Assembly: GCA_051294375.1 (NCBI GenBank)
Contig: CM119265.1
Location: 21,266,278 to 21,330,277 of the forward strand
Reading direction: 5' to 3'
Length of the DNA: 64,000 nucleotides
Source of the DNA: Paraspadella gotoi
Taxonomy: Eukaryota; Animalia; Chaetognatha
How positions within the stretch are numbered: position 1 is the first letter of the stretch; the number at the start of each line of letters is the position of its first letter. Made by a program: the position numbers and the translations under genes. Shown in pieces: positions 1-13,429 of this stretch. The notes under the pieces are model-generated. The model did no database searches and was not told the DNA's origin. It saw only the letters and a list, made by a program, of their open reading frames with translations.

Positions 1-884
1 GGTAAATGGAGAGTCGACGACAGCAAGAAAATGCATTAATTAATTGATGTAGTTTTTTCGATAGGATAAAAAATGAGAAAAATAACACGATTTTTCTTGC
101 ACGGCACAATCTTTCGTAGACTTCCGTAGTCTTACTTTTCCGTTCATTTCTACTAATCGTCAATCGCAAAACCTCGACCTAAAAAAACATTAAATTTCAT
201 TGCCGCAAATTATTCCATTTCATGATTAGCCTTATCGCGGAATTGTCCGTCAAAAAAAAGCGACGTCGCGTCCCCGCGTAACGTCACCCCCGTCATCGCG
301 TCGAAACAAAAAGATCCAAACCTCGAGGTTTTTATTTTTTTTCCTTTATTTTCTTTTTCTCCGAAAAAACTCAAAGTTTTTTTTTCTTCGATTCATTTCA
401 ATCGAAATAATTCGAGCGGCAGCGAAGGGAGCGATTTTTNNNNNNNNNNNNNNNNNNNNNNNNNNNNNNNNNNNNNNNNNNNNNNNNNNNNNNNNNNNNN
501 NNNNNNNNNNNNNNNNNNNNNNNNNNNNNNNNNNNNNNNNNNNNNNNNNNNNNNNNNNNNNNNNNNNNNNNNNNNNNNNNNNNNNNNNNNNNNNNNNNNN
601 NNNNNNNNNNNNNNNNNNNNNNNNNNNNNNNGAGGAAGAGGAGCGCGTTCGTTTCCTTTAGGCGGAGGAAGAGGAAGAGGAGGCCTCCCTGATCACGTGA
701 CCCTCGGTTTTCTCTCCCCCTCATTTGGAAGCGAAGCGGAAATGACCCAATGGAAACTGTTGCACCATGGAACTGTGGAACCGAGCCGCGGAATTTCTTC
801 TTTTTTTTTTTGGTCATGATTGTTGAATGGAAGGTCGGGAGCGAGAATGGGAGAGAGAGAAGAATGTCTCTGTCTCTATCTTTA
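1..884. repeat. Direct duplicate of 5913-~6800 (copy 1, containing gap 440-631)
   Basis: ggtaaatgg...gcattaat...gatgtagttttttcgataggataaaa through agaatgtctctgtc is present at both places with indel differences, and copy 1 ends at a 25-N gap. Confidence 0.9.
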
Positions 885-909
885 NNNNNNNNNNNNNNNN
901 NNNNNNNNN
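885..909. other. Assembly gap of exactly 25 N (also 12494-12518, 14896-14920, 30562-30586, 33039-33063); longer gaps at 440-631, 24617-24877, 31107-31290 and 43267-43434
   Basis: Counted N runs. Confidence 0.98.
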
Positions 910-3900
910 AAGAGATGAGATCTGTCAAATTGGCACAAGACGCGACAATGATCTTTCGTGACTCCAAAGAGACAGAATGAAATATGGACTAATTGACCCG
1001 CAGATGTCTGGGGAATCTCATTTCTTCTTCCGTAAGTCGTCGTGCGTCGTCGTCGTCGTCTTCATCTTCACTTCTCTTTCCCTCTCATCCTGTACGAAAG
1101 GGAGAAGTAATGTTACTTAACTGAACTTAAATTGTCCATTATTAGAGAAAGAAAGAGAGGAGACAGGAAAATATATTTAAAAAGAATATTAATCTAAAAA
1201 AAAAAAGGGAAAACGGAGAAACGAATGGATATACTTGAAGAGAAAAGAAGACGCAAATGAACGCGATACTAAAAATAGATATGCTTCGAAACTGACCTCC
1301 GCGTTCACTGTGGCCGTAATGGACGAAAAAAAAATGAAGATCCAGTTCGATCATCAACAAATTAAATGAGGAAAAACAACTAAAAAACAAAAACTGATGG
1401 CCCGCGTTTCTATAACACACACACTACAAAATTCCATTTTTTTCATAAAGATTTGGCTATACATCAATTAGCGAGCGATTCCATCAACGTCCGTTCGTGA
1501 GACGAATAAATTATCAGGAGATTGTATATCTTAGATTGGGGAGGGCGTTTTTTGTTTAATACTATTCTATTTATAGTCGAGGAGAGAATGTACACCACAC
1601 AGAAGATCCACTGTCAGGGAGAACAAACATGGTGGAACGTCGTGGTGGGGCGAGAATTGTGCAGTAGATAAGGAATAAGAAGATATGAGATATCAGAGGA
1701 TTGAAAGATCATATGAAGAAAAGTATTTTGTATATGAAAGAGAACGAATAATAAAATATAAAACACTTTACTTAAAAAAAAGAAAAAAGAGAGAGCAAAA
1801 TAAAAAGACGTGAAAAAAAGATCGAAAGTTAGTAATTTAAAAAAAAAAGAAAGAAAGAAAGAAGAAAGAAAAAAAATAAAGAAAGAAAGAGAAAGAAAGA
1901 TAAGAAAGAAAGAAAGAAAGAAAGAAAGAAAAGAAAGACAGAAATGTCCATTCGACGTTGGGTGAGAGATAGAAATTGAAGAAAAAAGAAACAAAGAAAC
2001 CAAAATAGAATTCCATCGTTTTTCTGCTCCGTCCTGCCATCCGACGTGGATACCGGAGACGAGTCTCTCTCGCTCTCTCTCCTCTGCTCTCTCTCTCCTC
2101 CATCTCTCTCTCTCTCTGCTCTCTCTCTCTCTATCTCTCTCTTCTCTCTCTCTGTCTCACAAAAAACAAGAAAGACAAGGTCTACTCTTGTGTCTCTCCA
2201 TCCTTTAAACTTTTCTACGCTTCTATCTCTCTCCATCGCTCATCAAATAACAATGTATCATCTCGGTGCTAACATCTGCTTTCAGATGACGACCGTGACG
2301 ACGACGACTTGGACACAAATGGTAAAAAAAAAACCCTCTGAGAAGAGAGAGAGAGTGGAGAGAGGAGAGAGAAGAGAGAGAGAGAGAGAGAGAGGAGGAC
2401 AGAGAAGAAGAGAAGCAGAGAGAGAGAGAGACGAAAAAAAGGACACGGAGGATGATTTTTGTGCATTGACTCGGAAAGAAGCGTCGGGAGATGAGCAACA
2501 AATGACAACTGACGACGACGACACGGACCGACGAACGACGACGATCGAACGATCGAATAAAAAAGAGAGAGGTAAAGAAGATGAGGGCTATTATTTTTCA
2601 AACGGGAGGAGGAAGAGAGAAGAGAAAAGGCATTCAGCAAAATGAGAAGTGACGGATGGAGGAATTTAAAGACATTTATATTAAACTCTTAAGGAAAATA
2701 TGAAAGAAAAAAGAAAAAAAAAACTCTTTTTATTATCTCCACGTCCGAGAGGTCGAGAGGATATTTCGTCCATTAAACCGGCGAAAAATTGGAACCGAAT
2801 TTCGGATAGAGTGAGTTTTTTTATTTTTTGTTAGGGGGGGGACGCGGGGGGCTCGGAAATAGGGGGTTGGAGCTTAAACATACTCTTCGCGTGGTGCAAC
2901 GCGGGATGGTGCAGCTTGACAGACAAAAGTACAAGGGTAACGACTGTGGCTTGCTAAGGGCTGCTGTGTCATCGAGCTCAGGGCTCCGAGCAATTTTCCT
3001 TATTCCATTTCATGGAGATGAAAGAAAGAAAAGTAAAGAAAAGACGAGAAAAAGAAAAGAAAGAAAAGAATAAGAAAAAACCCCCAAAATGTCATATTTT
3101 TTTTCTGATCCATAAAGTTTTCTTTTTTCTCGGTTCATCCCCCGGAAATTTTTCCTCTTTTTCCGCTCGTTTAAGTTATATCCAACACTTTTTTTTCATT
3201 TTCGGATTTTTGTGAAATTTGAATAAAATAATTTGGTCGTGAGAGTTTTTGGTCACTGATAATCGAAACCCTGTGGATGAGTGCAATGACGATGATGACG
3301 ATGACGACGATGCTTTATGATGGACCGATGACGAAGAAGATCAATCAGGTACAGAGTGATCTGTTGTAGGATTGAAGATTCGTAACGAATACTGAATTAA
3401 TTACGACGCGAAATTGAAAGATTTTAGTTATTGTTATTGTATTGTATTTATAGTATTAGTCATTCCGGCTTAATATTTGACAATACCGAAGACAGTCTTC
3501 TGTAATTATGAGTTCCGATTACGCTTAAAAAATTTTTACTCACAAAAATATCTAAAATTTGTTACTTCAAACAGTCAAAATTATTTGATGTATCGAATCT
3601 CAAACAACAGTTAAGTCTTCTAAAAACTGTACGGAAAATGAAATTGACATTGCTCTTTTTTTTTCTTATAATTCACGCTTTTTCCGCCAGTCGCCGCCAC
3701 CGAATTCCCCAATAGTTTTTTTCATTCCTTATTAATTTATTCGTCGATTTTGATTTCACGTTTCGTCGATTTTCTTTTTCTCCTTTTTAATATGCATAAA
3801 CGCGGAGAGAAAGAAAAAGAATAAAATGGAGGTCGCGAATCCGAAAAAAAGAAAAAAAAAGAAAAGAAGGAAGAAAAATGAATTCCACATTCTGCCGATC

Positions 3901-4103
3901 GGGAATGAATGCCGACGCATTCTCTCCTCTCTCTCTCGTCTCTCTCTCTCTCTCTACTCTCTCTCTCTCTCTCTCTCTCTCCTCTCTCCTCTTCCTCGTC
4001 ATCTGAGTCTTCCTCCCGCCCCGACGCTCCACAGAAAAATTATGTTCGGCTTGAAGAGTCGAGAGAGAGATTCCTCTCTTTTTTTTTTGTTTCCTTCTTC
4101 TAG

Positions 4104-4290
4104 ATCGACACCCGTCGAAGGACAATGAAGGAATTTCGTATATGCCATCCCCGATGCCGTCCCCGATGCCGTTTCAATGCCGTCTGGATGCCATAACCCC
4201 CCTACCGAGGCCGCCTCCTCGATGCCGAGTTTTCCACCTTTGTCTTTTATCTTCAAGAAGAACGCAGGCCATTCAATTTATGTTTTGTGA
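4104..4290 (+). other. Possible exon of an unidentified upstream gene (RHPSKDNEGISYMPSPMPSPMPF...)
   Basis: Strong acceptor ttttttttgtttccttcttctAG at 4102-03, followed by GC-richer, protein-like sequence with (ATGCCGTCCCCG) repeats. No recognisable homology. Confidence 0.25.
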
Positions 4291-4694
4291 TTTCTTAATC
4301 CGATGAACGGAAAAATGTTTTAGATTAATCCCGATCCACGCACATGTTTGCATTAAAGCTTTTGAATTCTCTTGTCTTTATCACGTTGATGTCCGAGTTT
4401 TACATCACTTTAAAAACCACGCATCTCCTTTTTTAACCTTATGCTTTTCAGGGTTTATCATCATCAGCATGTTTGCTTTTTTTTTTTTTAATTTTTTGTT
4501 GTCGTCATCGACAATATGATTAATGTTTGCCAGCAGATACTAAAAACTATACGTCGTTTATGTTTTATTACTGTAATATCGACGTCTTTAAGTTGTAAGA
4601 TATTTGATTTTTCCGTTCCCTTGAGAGATTTTGGCTTTTTCTCCTCCTCTCTCTCTCTCTCTCTCTCATCTTCTCTCCTCTCATCGTCTCTCTC

Positions 4695-4727
<33 letters not shown>

Positions 4728-5478
4728 TCTCTCTCTCCCCCTCTCCCTCTCTCTCTCTCTCTCTCGTCTCCCCTCTCTCTCTCTCGATTCGTTCACGCGT
4801 CTGATCTCTATCTCTCGCCGCGTCGGTCAAAAAAAAAGAAGTCATAAACCGAAACTGACCATCCGTCTCTGTCTCCCTCTCGTCCTCCACCCACCCCCCT
4901 ATCCTCGTCACGGCTCCATCCACCACCTCCAACACCCTCCCCCCCTTTCTCTTCGTCAGCCGGAAATCGAGGTCGTATCCTTCTAAATCCGGAAGGGTCG
5001 TCGGCAATCGATTGCCGACTCGGATTGGCACCGCGGGGCGCCGCGATGGCACTGCAACAAAGGACACCATGATTGGACAGCGGGGAACATCGTGGATTAA
5101 GGCCGAGGAAAGACGGACAGAAAGACGTGTTCCAATTCGGCCAATGGTAGCAATGGGTCAGCACTTCTTTTTCCGCTCTTCTCTCTCTCTCTCCCACTCT
5201 CTTCTCTCTCTCTCATTCCTCTCTCTCTCGTCTCTCTCTCTTCTCTTCTCTTCTCCTCTCTCTCTCTCTCTCTCTCTCGTTCGCTATTTGGAACGACAGC
5301 TACTACGACCGACAACAACAACAACTACAGTCGGTCATCAATCATGTGATTCCATCCAATTCCACCTCATGGACAGCAACATTTTGCCCGGGATCGCCCC
5401 TCTGATCTTCTTCAATTTTTGATGCGAATTCGCGCGAGATTCGTCAGAGAGAGAGAGAGAGAGAGAGAAGAGAGGAGA

Positions 5479-5525
<47 letters not shown>

Positions 5526-5912
5526 GATCGAGGACGAACGAGACGACAAAACGGTTTCGCTGTAGCAATTTGAAGTTTGAATTTTTGATGAACGCGAAGA
5601 AAGACAAATGAGTTGCCGGCTTGTAGTTGAATGATCTTGGCGATCGATGGTCGTCATTTGTTGCAATCTCTGGGTGGAAAAAAGAAACATGAAGGGTCAT
5701 CTTTGTCTGAATTCTTTTATGTCCTCGTGTTGGGCAAATCAGATCATCTGGTCCAGCCGTCCACTCAGATTTTATGACAAGCTAATTTAACGTAGAGAAC
5801 TTTCATTATTATGTTACCGCATTCCAATTACAACAAGCAAGAACAGAATTAGGTACTATTCTCATTTCATCGTAATTATGTATAATATATTACTGTTTAA
5901 CTGAAGCTTGTA

Positions 5913-6800
5913 GGTAAATGGGAAGTGACGACACAAGAAAATGCATTAATAATTGATGTAGTTTTTTTCGATAGGATAAAATGAGAAAATAACACGATTT
6001 TTCTTGCACGGCACAATCTTATCTAGACTTCCGTAGTCTTACTTTTTCGTTCATTTCTACTAATCGTCAATCGCAAAACCTCGACCTAAAAAAAAACATT
6101 AAATTTCATTTGCCGCAAAATTTATTCCAATTTCATGATTAGCCTTATCGCGCGAATTGTCCGTCAAAAAAAAGCGACGTCGCGTCCCGCGTAACGTCAC
6201 CTCCCGTCATCGCGTCGAAACAAAAAGATCCAAACCTCGAGGTTTTTATTTTTTTTTCCTTTACTTTCTTTTTCTCCGAAAAAAACTCAAAGTTTTTTTT
6301 TCTTCGATTCATTTCAATCGAAATATATTCGAGCGGCAGCGAAGGGAGCGATTTTTGAGGGGGGCGTGGGGGGGAGTAAGGAGGGGGGGAGTCGATTTGA
6401 GGGGAGAGGTGCGATGGATTGGAGAGGCGATAGGGGACGAGCGATAGAGCAGTCAACAAAAAAAAAAAAAAGATTCACCGATTAAACGAAAAGATTATCA
6501 TAAGTCCGAAAAGAAAAAACAGAAGGAAGAGGAGAGCGCCGTTCGTTTCCTTTTAGGCGGAGGAAAGAGGAAGAGGAGGCCTCCCTGATAATACGTGAAA
6601 CCGCTCGGTTTTTCTCTCCCCCCATATTTGGAAGCGAAGCGGAAATGACCCAATGGAAACTGTTGCACCATGGAAACTGTGGAACCGAGCCGGCGGAATT
6701 TCTTATCTTTTTTTTTTTTTGGTCATGATTGTTTGAATTTGGAAGGTGGTCGGGAGCGAGAATGGGAGAGAGAGAAGAATGTCTCTGTCATATCTTCTTA
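5913..6800. repeat. Direct duplicate of 1-884 (copy 2, ungapped)
   Basis: Colinear match to 1-884 that supplies the sequence missing in gap 440-631. Confidence 0.9.
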
Positions 6801-6848
6801 TCTTTTTTTTTCTTCTCTCTCTCTCTCTCTCTCTCTTTTCTCTACTCA

Positions 6849-6882
<34 letters not shown>

Positions 6883-7254
6883 CTTCTTATTGTTATATTT
6901 TTTTTTTAATTTACTTATAAATAGAATTACAAACCTTGGTATTAAGTAAATATAAAATAAACCAAGTCCTCAAAACATTTCCCTCTCATTAACGAGTCCT
7001 TCACTCTTCTCCTCCCTTAATCATTAACTTCTCCGCGATAAGGTGAGGTTTGGTGAGGCAAATAAGAGACGAAAAAGCAGAGTTGGGCTCCGGACGCCAA
7101 GGATCCTCGAAGACTAATGAAGCCCCTGTGTGGTTGCTATGGTACCTTCGTTGCTAAGGGGTTGCCATTGGTTCGAGAAGACGAAAGAACGATGAGAATT
7201 TTATGCTCGGCTCTCCGTTCCTTTTCTCTTCGTTTCCTTTTTACGCTTTTTTTA

Positions 7255-7420
7255 TTTTTCTATCATCGCTTTTTTCTTTTTCTTTTCTATTTCATGTATC
7301 TCTTCTTCATCCGTTTCTATATAATAAACGTTATCTCTTTTTATTTCTCTATCATCCCTGTTTTCTTTTCTATTTCATTGTCATCGTATCTCTTCTTCAT
7401 CCGTTTCTATATAATAACGT
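7255..7420. repeat. Imperfect ~90 bp tandem duplication
   Basis: gtatctcttcttcatccgtttctatataataa occurs at about 7296 and 7386. Confidence 0.8.
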
Positions 7421-10265
7421 ATAGTGCTTATTTGAATTTTCAATTTTAACTTATTTGTGCAGGAACTTCATTACATTATGTTATAATATGTATTTGCAGC
7501 AATAAACGTTCTTCAGCCCTTTGCATTCAAATTAGTATTTTTTTTAATCTGAATTCCACTAATTACTTTTCTTTTCCTTCCTTTTTTTTTCCTTCCTTTC
7601 TTCCTACCTCATTCCTTCGTTTCCTCCCTCATTCCTCCGTTTCCTCCCTCGCCATTTTCTCGCTAGTATCTCTCCTCTTTCCTCTCAGAAGAAACTTAAT
7701 GATCCGACATCGAAAATGGCCCCGGCTCCTCCTCCTCCTCATCTTCCTCCTCATCTTCCTCTTCCTCCTCTTCATCTTCCTCCTCCCTCCCCTCATTTCC
7801 CTTCCTCTTCTTCCTTTTCATACTTACCTCGCTAGTTTCACAGAATTCCTCACCGTTTGTTTAGTTTTCCTTTTCCATCTTGTTTCATGAAATTGGTTCG
7901 ACGAAAATAGAATTTATTCATTTATGCAATAAGGAGGAGTAAGGCCTCCATGCCTCTTATAAGATTATAACATAGCAAGACCCTGTAATGTTTTAATCAA
8001 AACTCACAGTCAATGAATTGTATAAAAGGACCACTCTTACTGCATTCCTTTCTTAAACTCTTTGCTTTTTTACCTTCTTCTTCTCTAACATTTCTCCTCT
8101 CTTAGTTTCTTCTTCTCTCCCTTTTTTCATTTTCTCTTCTTTCCTTCCTTGCATCCTCCCCCCCTCTTCTCTTTCACGCCAATTACGGTTTGAGACGCGG
8201 GAATCTCCCAAATAAGGAATGGAACTCGACCACCTGATCACCCGACGACCAAACAACAACAACAACAACGAGGGAAGGAGAGAGATTTCTAGGAATTCTG
8301 CATTTGCCTGAAATTATATAAATATCGTCTCGTGGTCGTCGTTTTATTAAATTTGAGAGGTTCTAATTGTGGTTACTTGGTTGATGATAATGATGAAGAT
8401 TATGACATTATTGCTAATGGAATTATCGATCATAACGACGATGAAGACGATGATCATGATGATCATGATGATAATGATTACAGTCGCGATTGCCATGGTG
8501 GTTGTGATGATGCTGATGACGACGACGACGACAACGACGTAATAACTTTCTTGACTGCAACGTTCAAAAAATACAAACAACCAAAAAACGCCAACAATTT
8601 CTCGACTCTTAAAAATTCTCTTCGGTCATATAGTACATATTTAATGTTTTTTTTTTTCACTGCGTTGAAAATAATTTTTGGAAGGCGAAAATACGAAATG
8701 AAATGAAAAAAAACACATCTGGTCACCGATTGACGTTTTGTTTGCGATCGAAGCTTTTTTTTTTCTTTCTCCGCCTCGATCTCGAACTATTTATTTCTTT
8801 CGACCAAAAACTCAAAACAAAAGGTTGAATAAAATACTAGACTTTCGCTGGCTGTGGCGGAGGGAGGGGAGGGACCGATAGGTGGGCGCTGGGGGAGACG
8901 AACGTGGAATTTAATATTTACAATTTTTGAATTCTATTTTTTAGTATTTTGGTATTCCTTTGTTGTTGGTTATTTAGAAAAAAACAAGTTCTGGAATATT
9001 TTATTGTCCAGAATTTATGGAAATTAGTAAAAGATTATTTCTAGAAGAAAAAAAAGTGTTCTGTCCGAGACATTAATCCACTCTTGAGAAGAGACTGATC
9101 GTGAACGAAGACGACGACGACGACGACGACGACGGAAACGACGACGGCGAAGGCGACGGCGACCGGTGCACCCACTAAGTGATGGGTGGTGGGTCCTTAA
9201 AACATCTCGCCTCGACTATCTGCGATTGTCGCTTATGGCAGGCATCGGACGAGATAGGTTTTTTATATAATAGAGGTAGTAATCTGGTCGGGAGGGGTGG
9301 AGAATGAGAGATGAATAAGAGAGAGATAGATCTCGATGATGAATGTTATTTGGATCTGAGAAACAGAGCTTGTCGAAAAAGAGAAGAATAGAGAGAGATG
9401 TAAGAGGCCCGAGAGAAAAGGAGAGGAGAAGTAAGAAGAGATGTATGATGATGAGAGAGACAAGGACGAGACTTGAATTATCAGAGCAAGTAAAACCGAT
9501 TCCTAACTCAGGGTTAAGTTCACCCTATTCTCTCGAATTATTCCGACCACTCGAGTCGAGCAGCGAGGAACTCAATTGCGAACTTTTTCTCGGATCTTAT
9601 CTACTGTTAATTAGTTAATTTACGCAACTAAACGAGTCTGTAAGTTTAAATTATGTAGCTTCCAAAGCATCTAAGGTGATACTCCGACGCTGTCGGAATC
9701 GAGGCTGTTTCTCTTTCGAGTGTTCTCGTGGTGATAAAACAAAGCGAGCCGAGTTTTAGAGGCTGAAAGGGGAAGAAGGGGGGAGATTGAAATATTTAGG
9801 GAAAGGGGAGAGAGAGAGAGAGAGAGAGAGAAGAGAGAAGGAAGAAGAAGAGTGAGAAAGAGAGAGAGAGAAAAGAGAGAGAGAGGTAGAGAGAAATAAA
9901 AATAGAAAGACAGACAGTCAGAAACACAGATAGACGGACGATGGACTGACAGACGACAAGCATGCAGACAAAACAGACAGTCATTGCTCAGACGGACCGA
10001 GAATCGTACAGACATAACTAGAGAGAGAGAGAGAGAGACAAAGAAAGTAGAAGCTTGCTTCCTTCATCTCCCCCAACTCGACTCTGTCAATTCGAGGGTG
10101 CTGGCGTGAAGTTGAAGAGAAGGCGAGATTTCTCGCTAAGCGGGGAGAGGGGGAGAATAAGAATTAAAGGAATTAAAGAAGACCCCTGGGGACATACGGT
10201 CCGAAGAAAGGGGGAGGAGGGGCGAGCGATACTCGCGCGAAAACCCCCGGGCCCAGGAAAAATCA

Positions 10266-10416
10266 TATAAAAGGTGATGGTCGGGGAAGAAGAGATGAGA
10301 AGAGAGAGAGGAAGAGAGACGAGAGGAGACGAGCTCGAGAATAATTTTAGCGAGGGAGAGAAGATGAAAAAATTAAGAGAGAAAACGAGAGCAAGAGAGA
10401 GCTCACCACAGTAAGT
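10266..10416 (+). promoter_or_regulatory. Candidate TATA promoter and short non-coding first exon (about 10296-10410)
   Basis: TATAAAAG at 10266-10273, donor ca|GTAAGT at 10411, and a COE/EBF-like CCCCTGGGGA at 10183-10192. Confidence 0.35.
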
Positions 10417-11844
10417 ACGGACTATAAAGGAGTTTCAGGGGTGAAAAATAGAGAATTAGAAGTGAATGATCGGGAATAATTATGCGCTCCGATGATCGCT
10501 GCTAGAGAGAGGTGCCCGGAAAGTTGTAATGCATACATGTTTTTTTGTTCGTCGCTGTGAGAAAAGTACAGAAGAGAATCAAGAAACGCCGAGCAATGTA
10601 TAACGGTCATTTATAATATATATAGTTTGGTTAAAAACTAATTATAAAAATTATCCATTTATTTAATAAATAAGCTATCTTTGACTTTGGACAGGCTTTG
10701 GTAGTTCAAGGCCTTCACTTTTACAAGATAATGACATAGCAGGTCCCTGCAAGCTTTCAATCAAGACTCTCTCACAGTCTTGTTTATTCACTCCCAGAGT
10801 ACCTGGCTTCCCTATCAATGAAGTGGTATGATATTTCAAAGAATGTTTCAATTGTACGAAATATATTGAGTGAATGTAGTTTCTCATTTACACCATACGT
10901 ATTTCGTTCTACTCTAGTCTTTTTAAGATAAACGATTAACTTCTCCTAAACCAAAACAGAAAAAAAACCATAACTAAAAAAAAGAAGCATAAAAAAAAGA
11001 ATGACAGATTGGATGTGAAATGAGTTTTAAAGATGTTCCGGTCTTAGTCTCGATCTGGGGGGGCGAACGTTGAAAAGTATTATAAATTGGTTTTAAATTT
11101 TACTAAAAAAAAAAAAGAACAAAAAAAGATGGGAAAAAACAATGCATACTTTCGTCTTTTCAGACTTTGGGTTTTTTTCGCATTTAAATTAAGAAGATGG
11201 GGAGGGAGAGGGAAGGAAGAAGGAAGAGAGGAGAGTGAGGAGATTGCCACGGGGCGGGTTCGTGGGGAGGTCAATTGTGAGTGGAAGTGTGAGAATTGGA
11301 GTAGAGAGGGCAAAAAATCTTAACTTTCGTATTATTGACAGAGGGAGAGAGGGAGAGAGGAGGAGAGAGAGAGAGAGAGAGAGAGAGAGGAGGATCGTCG
11401 GAATGCGATTCAAACATCTTAGAGGGAATTCCAACAAATCTTTAGACGTATTTGTTCATCACTGAAACGCCGATGACTTCTTGTGAATTTTTTTTTTCAC
11501 TCGATCCAAACGGAGATAAGATTTGTAAGTTAAATTTTCAATTCACTGCGGCGATTGTGAATTTATTTCGCAGCATTTTCGAGAATCTGTACGAGGATTT
11601 CCATATTTCCTAATCCCAGAAGAAAAAAAACATACCGTCTCGTGCAAGCAAGACTTTTAGTGACATCTCTCGCGATACAGAGAAATCTTTAAACAAATAA
11701 TAGGAAAAACAAAGACTGCTCTGACAACAAATTAAAGGACTATATACATTGAAGTAAATGCGATAATCATATTCGCAGTGAACTTGAACTGAAAAAGCAT
11801 GACTTTTCTTTTTTCTTCCACCGAACTCTTCTTTTTCTTGTATT

Positions 11845-12281
11845 TATTCTTCTACATGGATTCCATGGAAAAAAAAGTCTAATTTCAAGACTTTCACTCG
11901 ACGACAACAACAACAAGTCAGATAACAACGACCACGGAAAGACCACACGATAATCTCTGTAGTGCTCATGTGAGAGATGTAATCGATGACGAACGACGAC
12001 GACGACGACGACGAGATCCGTGTATTAAGCATGGAAATTGTGCAATCGACCAATGACGTCAAAGGACTCAACGGCGACGACCAATCAAAGACGTAGGATT
12101 CGTCTTCGTAATCCCGAAAGAAGAAAGAAGAGGAGGAAGGAGGAGTCGGAGGCGTGATGAGGAGGAGGGAGGAGGAAGGATGGGAGGACACGGAGCCATG
12201 CTTATCATTGCCTTTTAGGATCAATAAGAAAGGAAGAAGAGAGAGAGGAAGAGGAGAGAGAGAAAGAGAGAGAGAGAGAGG

Positions 12282-12335
<54 letters not shown>

Positions 12336-12932
12336 TCTTGACAGAGAGAAACGAGCCGAACGTCTTCCACCGTGAAGACGAGATGCCGACGACGATCCCA
12401 CGAGCGACGACGACGACGATGACAGACGACGATGAGCGCGATAAGGCAAGAAGGAGAGAGGAGGGAGAGAGAAAGACAGGATGAGAAGAGATTNNNNNNN
12501 NNNNNNNNNNNNNNNNNNATCTTTTCTACATGATTCCATGGAAAAAAAAGTCTAAGTTTCAAGACCTTTCACTCGACGACAACAAACAACTAGGCAGATA
12601 ACAACGACCACGGAAAAGACCACGATCAATAACTCTGTAGTGATCTATAGTGAGAGAAGTGAATCGATGACGAGACGGACGACGACGACGACGACGAAGA
12701 TCCGTGTATTAAGCATGGAAATTGTGCAATCGACCAATGACGTCAAAGGACTCAACGGCGACGACCAATCAAAGACGAGATTCGTCTTCGTAATCACCGA
12801 AGAAGAAGAAGAGAGAGGAGGAAGGATGGGCGCGATGAAGAGGAGGGGGAGGAGGAAGATGGAGGACACGGAGCCATGCTTATCATTGCCTTTTAGGATC
12901 CAATAAGAAAGGAAGAAGAGAGAGAGGAAGAG

Positions 12933-13013
<81 letters not shown>

Positions 13014-13178
13014 AGAAAGAGAATGAATCTTGACAGAGAAACGAGCCGACGTCTTCCACCGTGAAGACGAGATGCCGACGACGATCCACGAGCGAACGAC
13101 GATGCGACGATGAAACGACGATGAGCGGCGATGAAGGCAGAGAGAGAGAGAGAGAGAGAGAAGAAGAGAGAGAGAGAC

Positions 13179-13200
<22 letters not shown>
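11845..13200. repeat. Tandem duplicate (~650 bp x2: 11845-12493 and 12519-~13200) flanking a 25-N gap
   Basis: ttctacatg(g)attccatggaaaaaaaagtctaa... starts both copies, and the differences are mostly indels. Confidence 0.9.
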
Positions 13201-13224
<24 letters not shown>

Positions 13225-13429
13225 CGTCGTCGAAATGACAATCATTCTGGTCTTTGGACGCGAAGGCGACGAACGCTGACGCTTTGGTGACCGGAAAAAG
13301 AAAATTGAAAAAAAAATATAACGTCGCATCAACTGACGCAACAAAAAGAATATATGAACTGAACGAACAAAAGGTGAATTGAACGCTGATTGAACCTTAC
13401 CTTTTCTCGATCCTCACCCGTCACTCCAG

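Noticed and set aside
8332-8706. Asp-rich ORF
   Set aside because: Translation of (GAT/GAC)n repeats without splice or homology support.
1-13200. The 1-884/5913-6800 and 11845-13200 duplications as LTRs or true tandem repeats
   Set aside because: No TG...CA ends, PBS or pol ORF. The copies abut 25-N gaps and differ by indels, consistent with unmerged contig overlaps.
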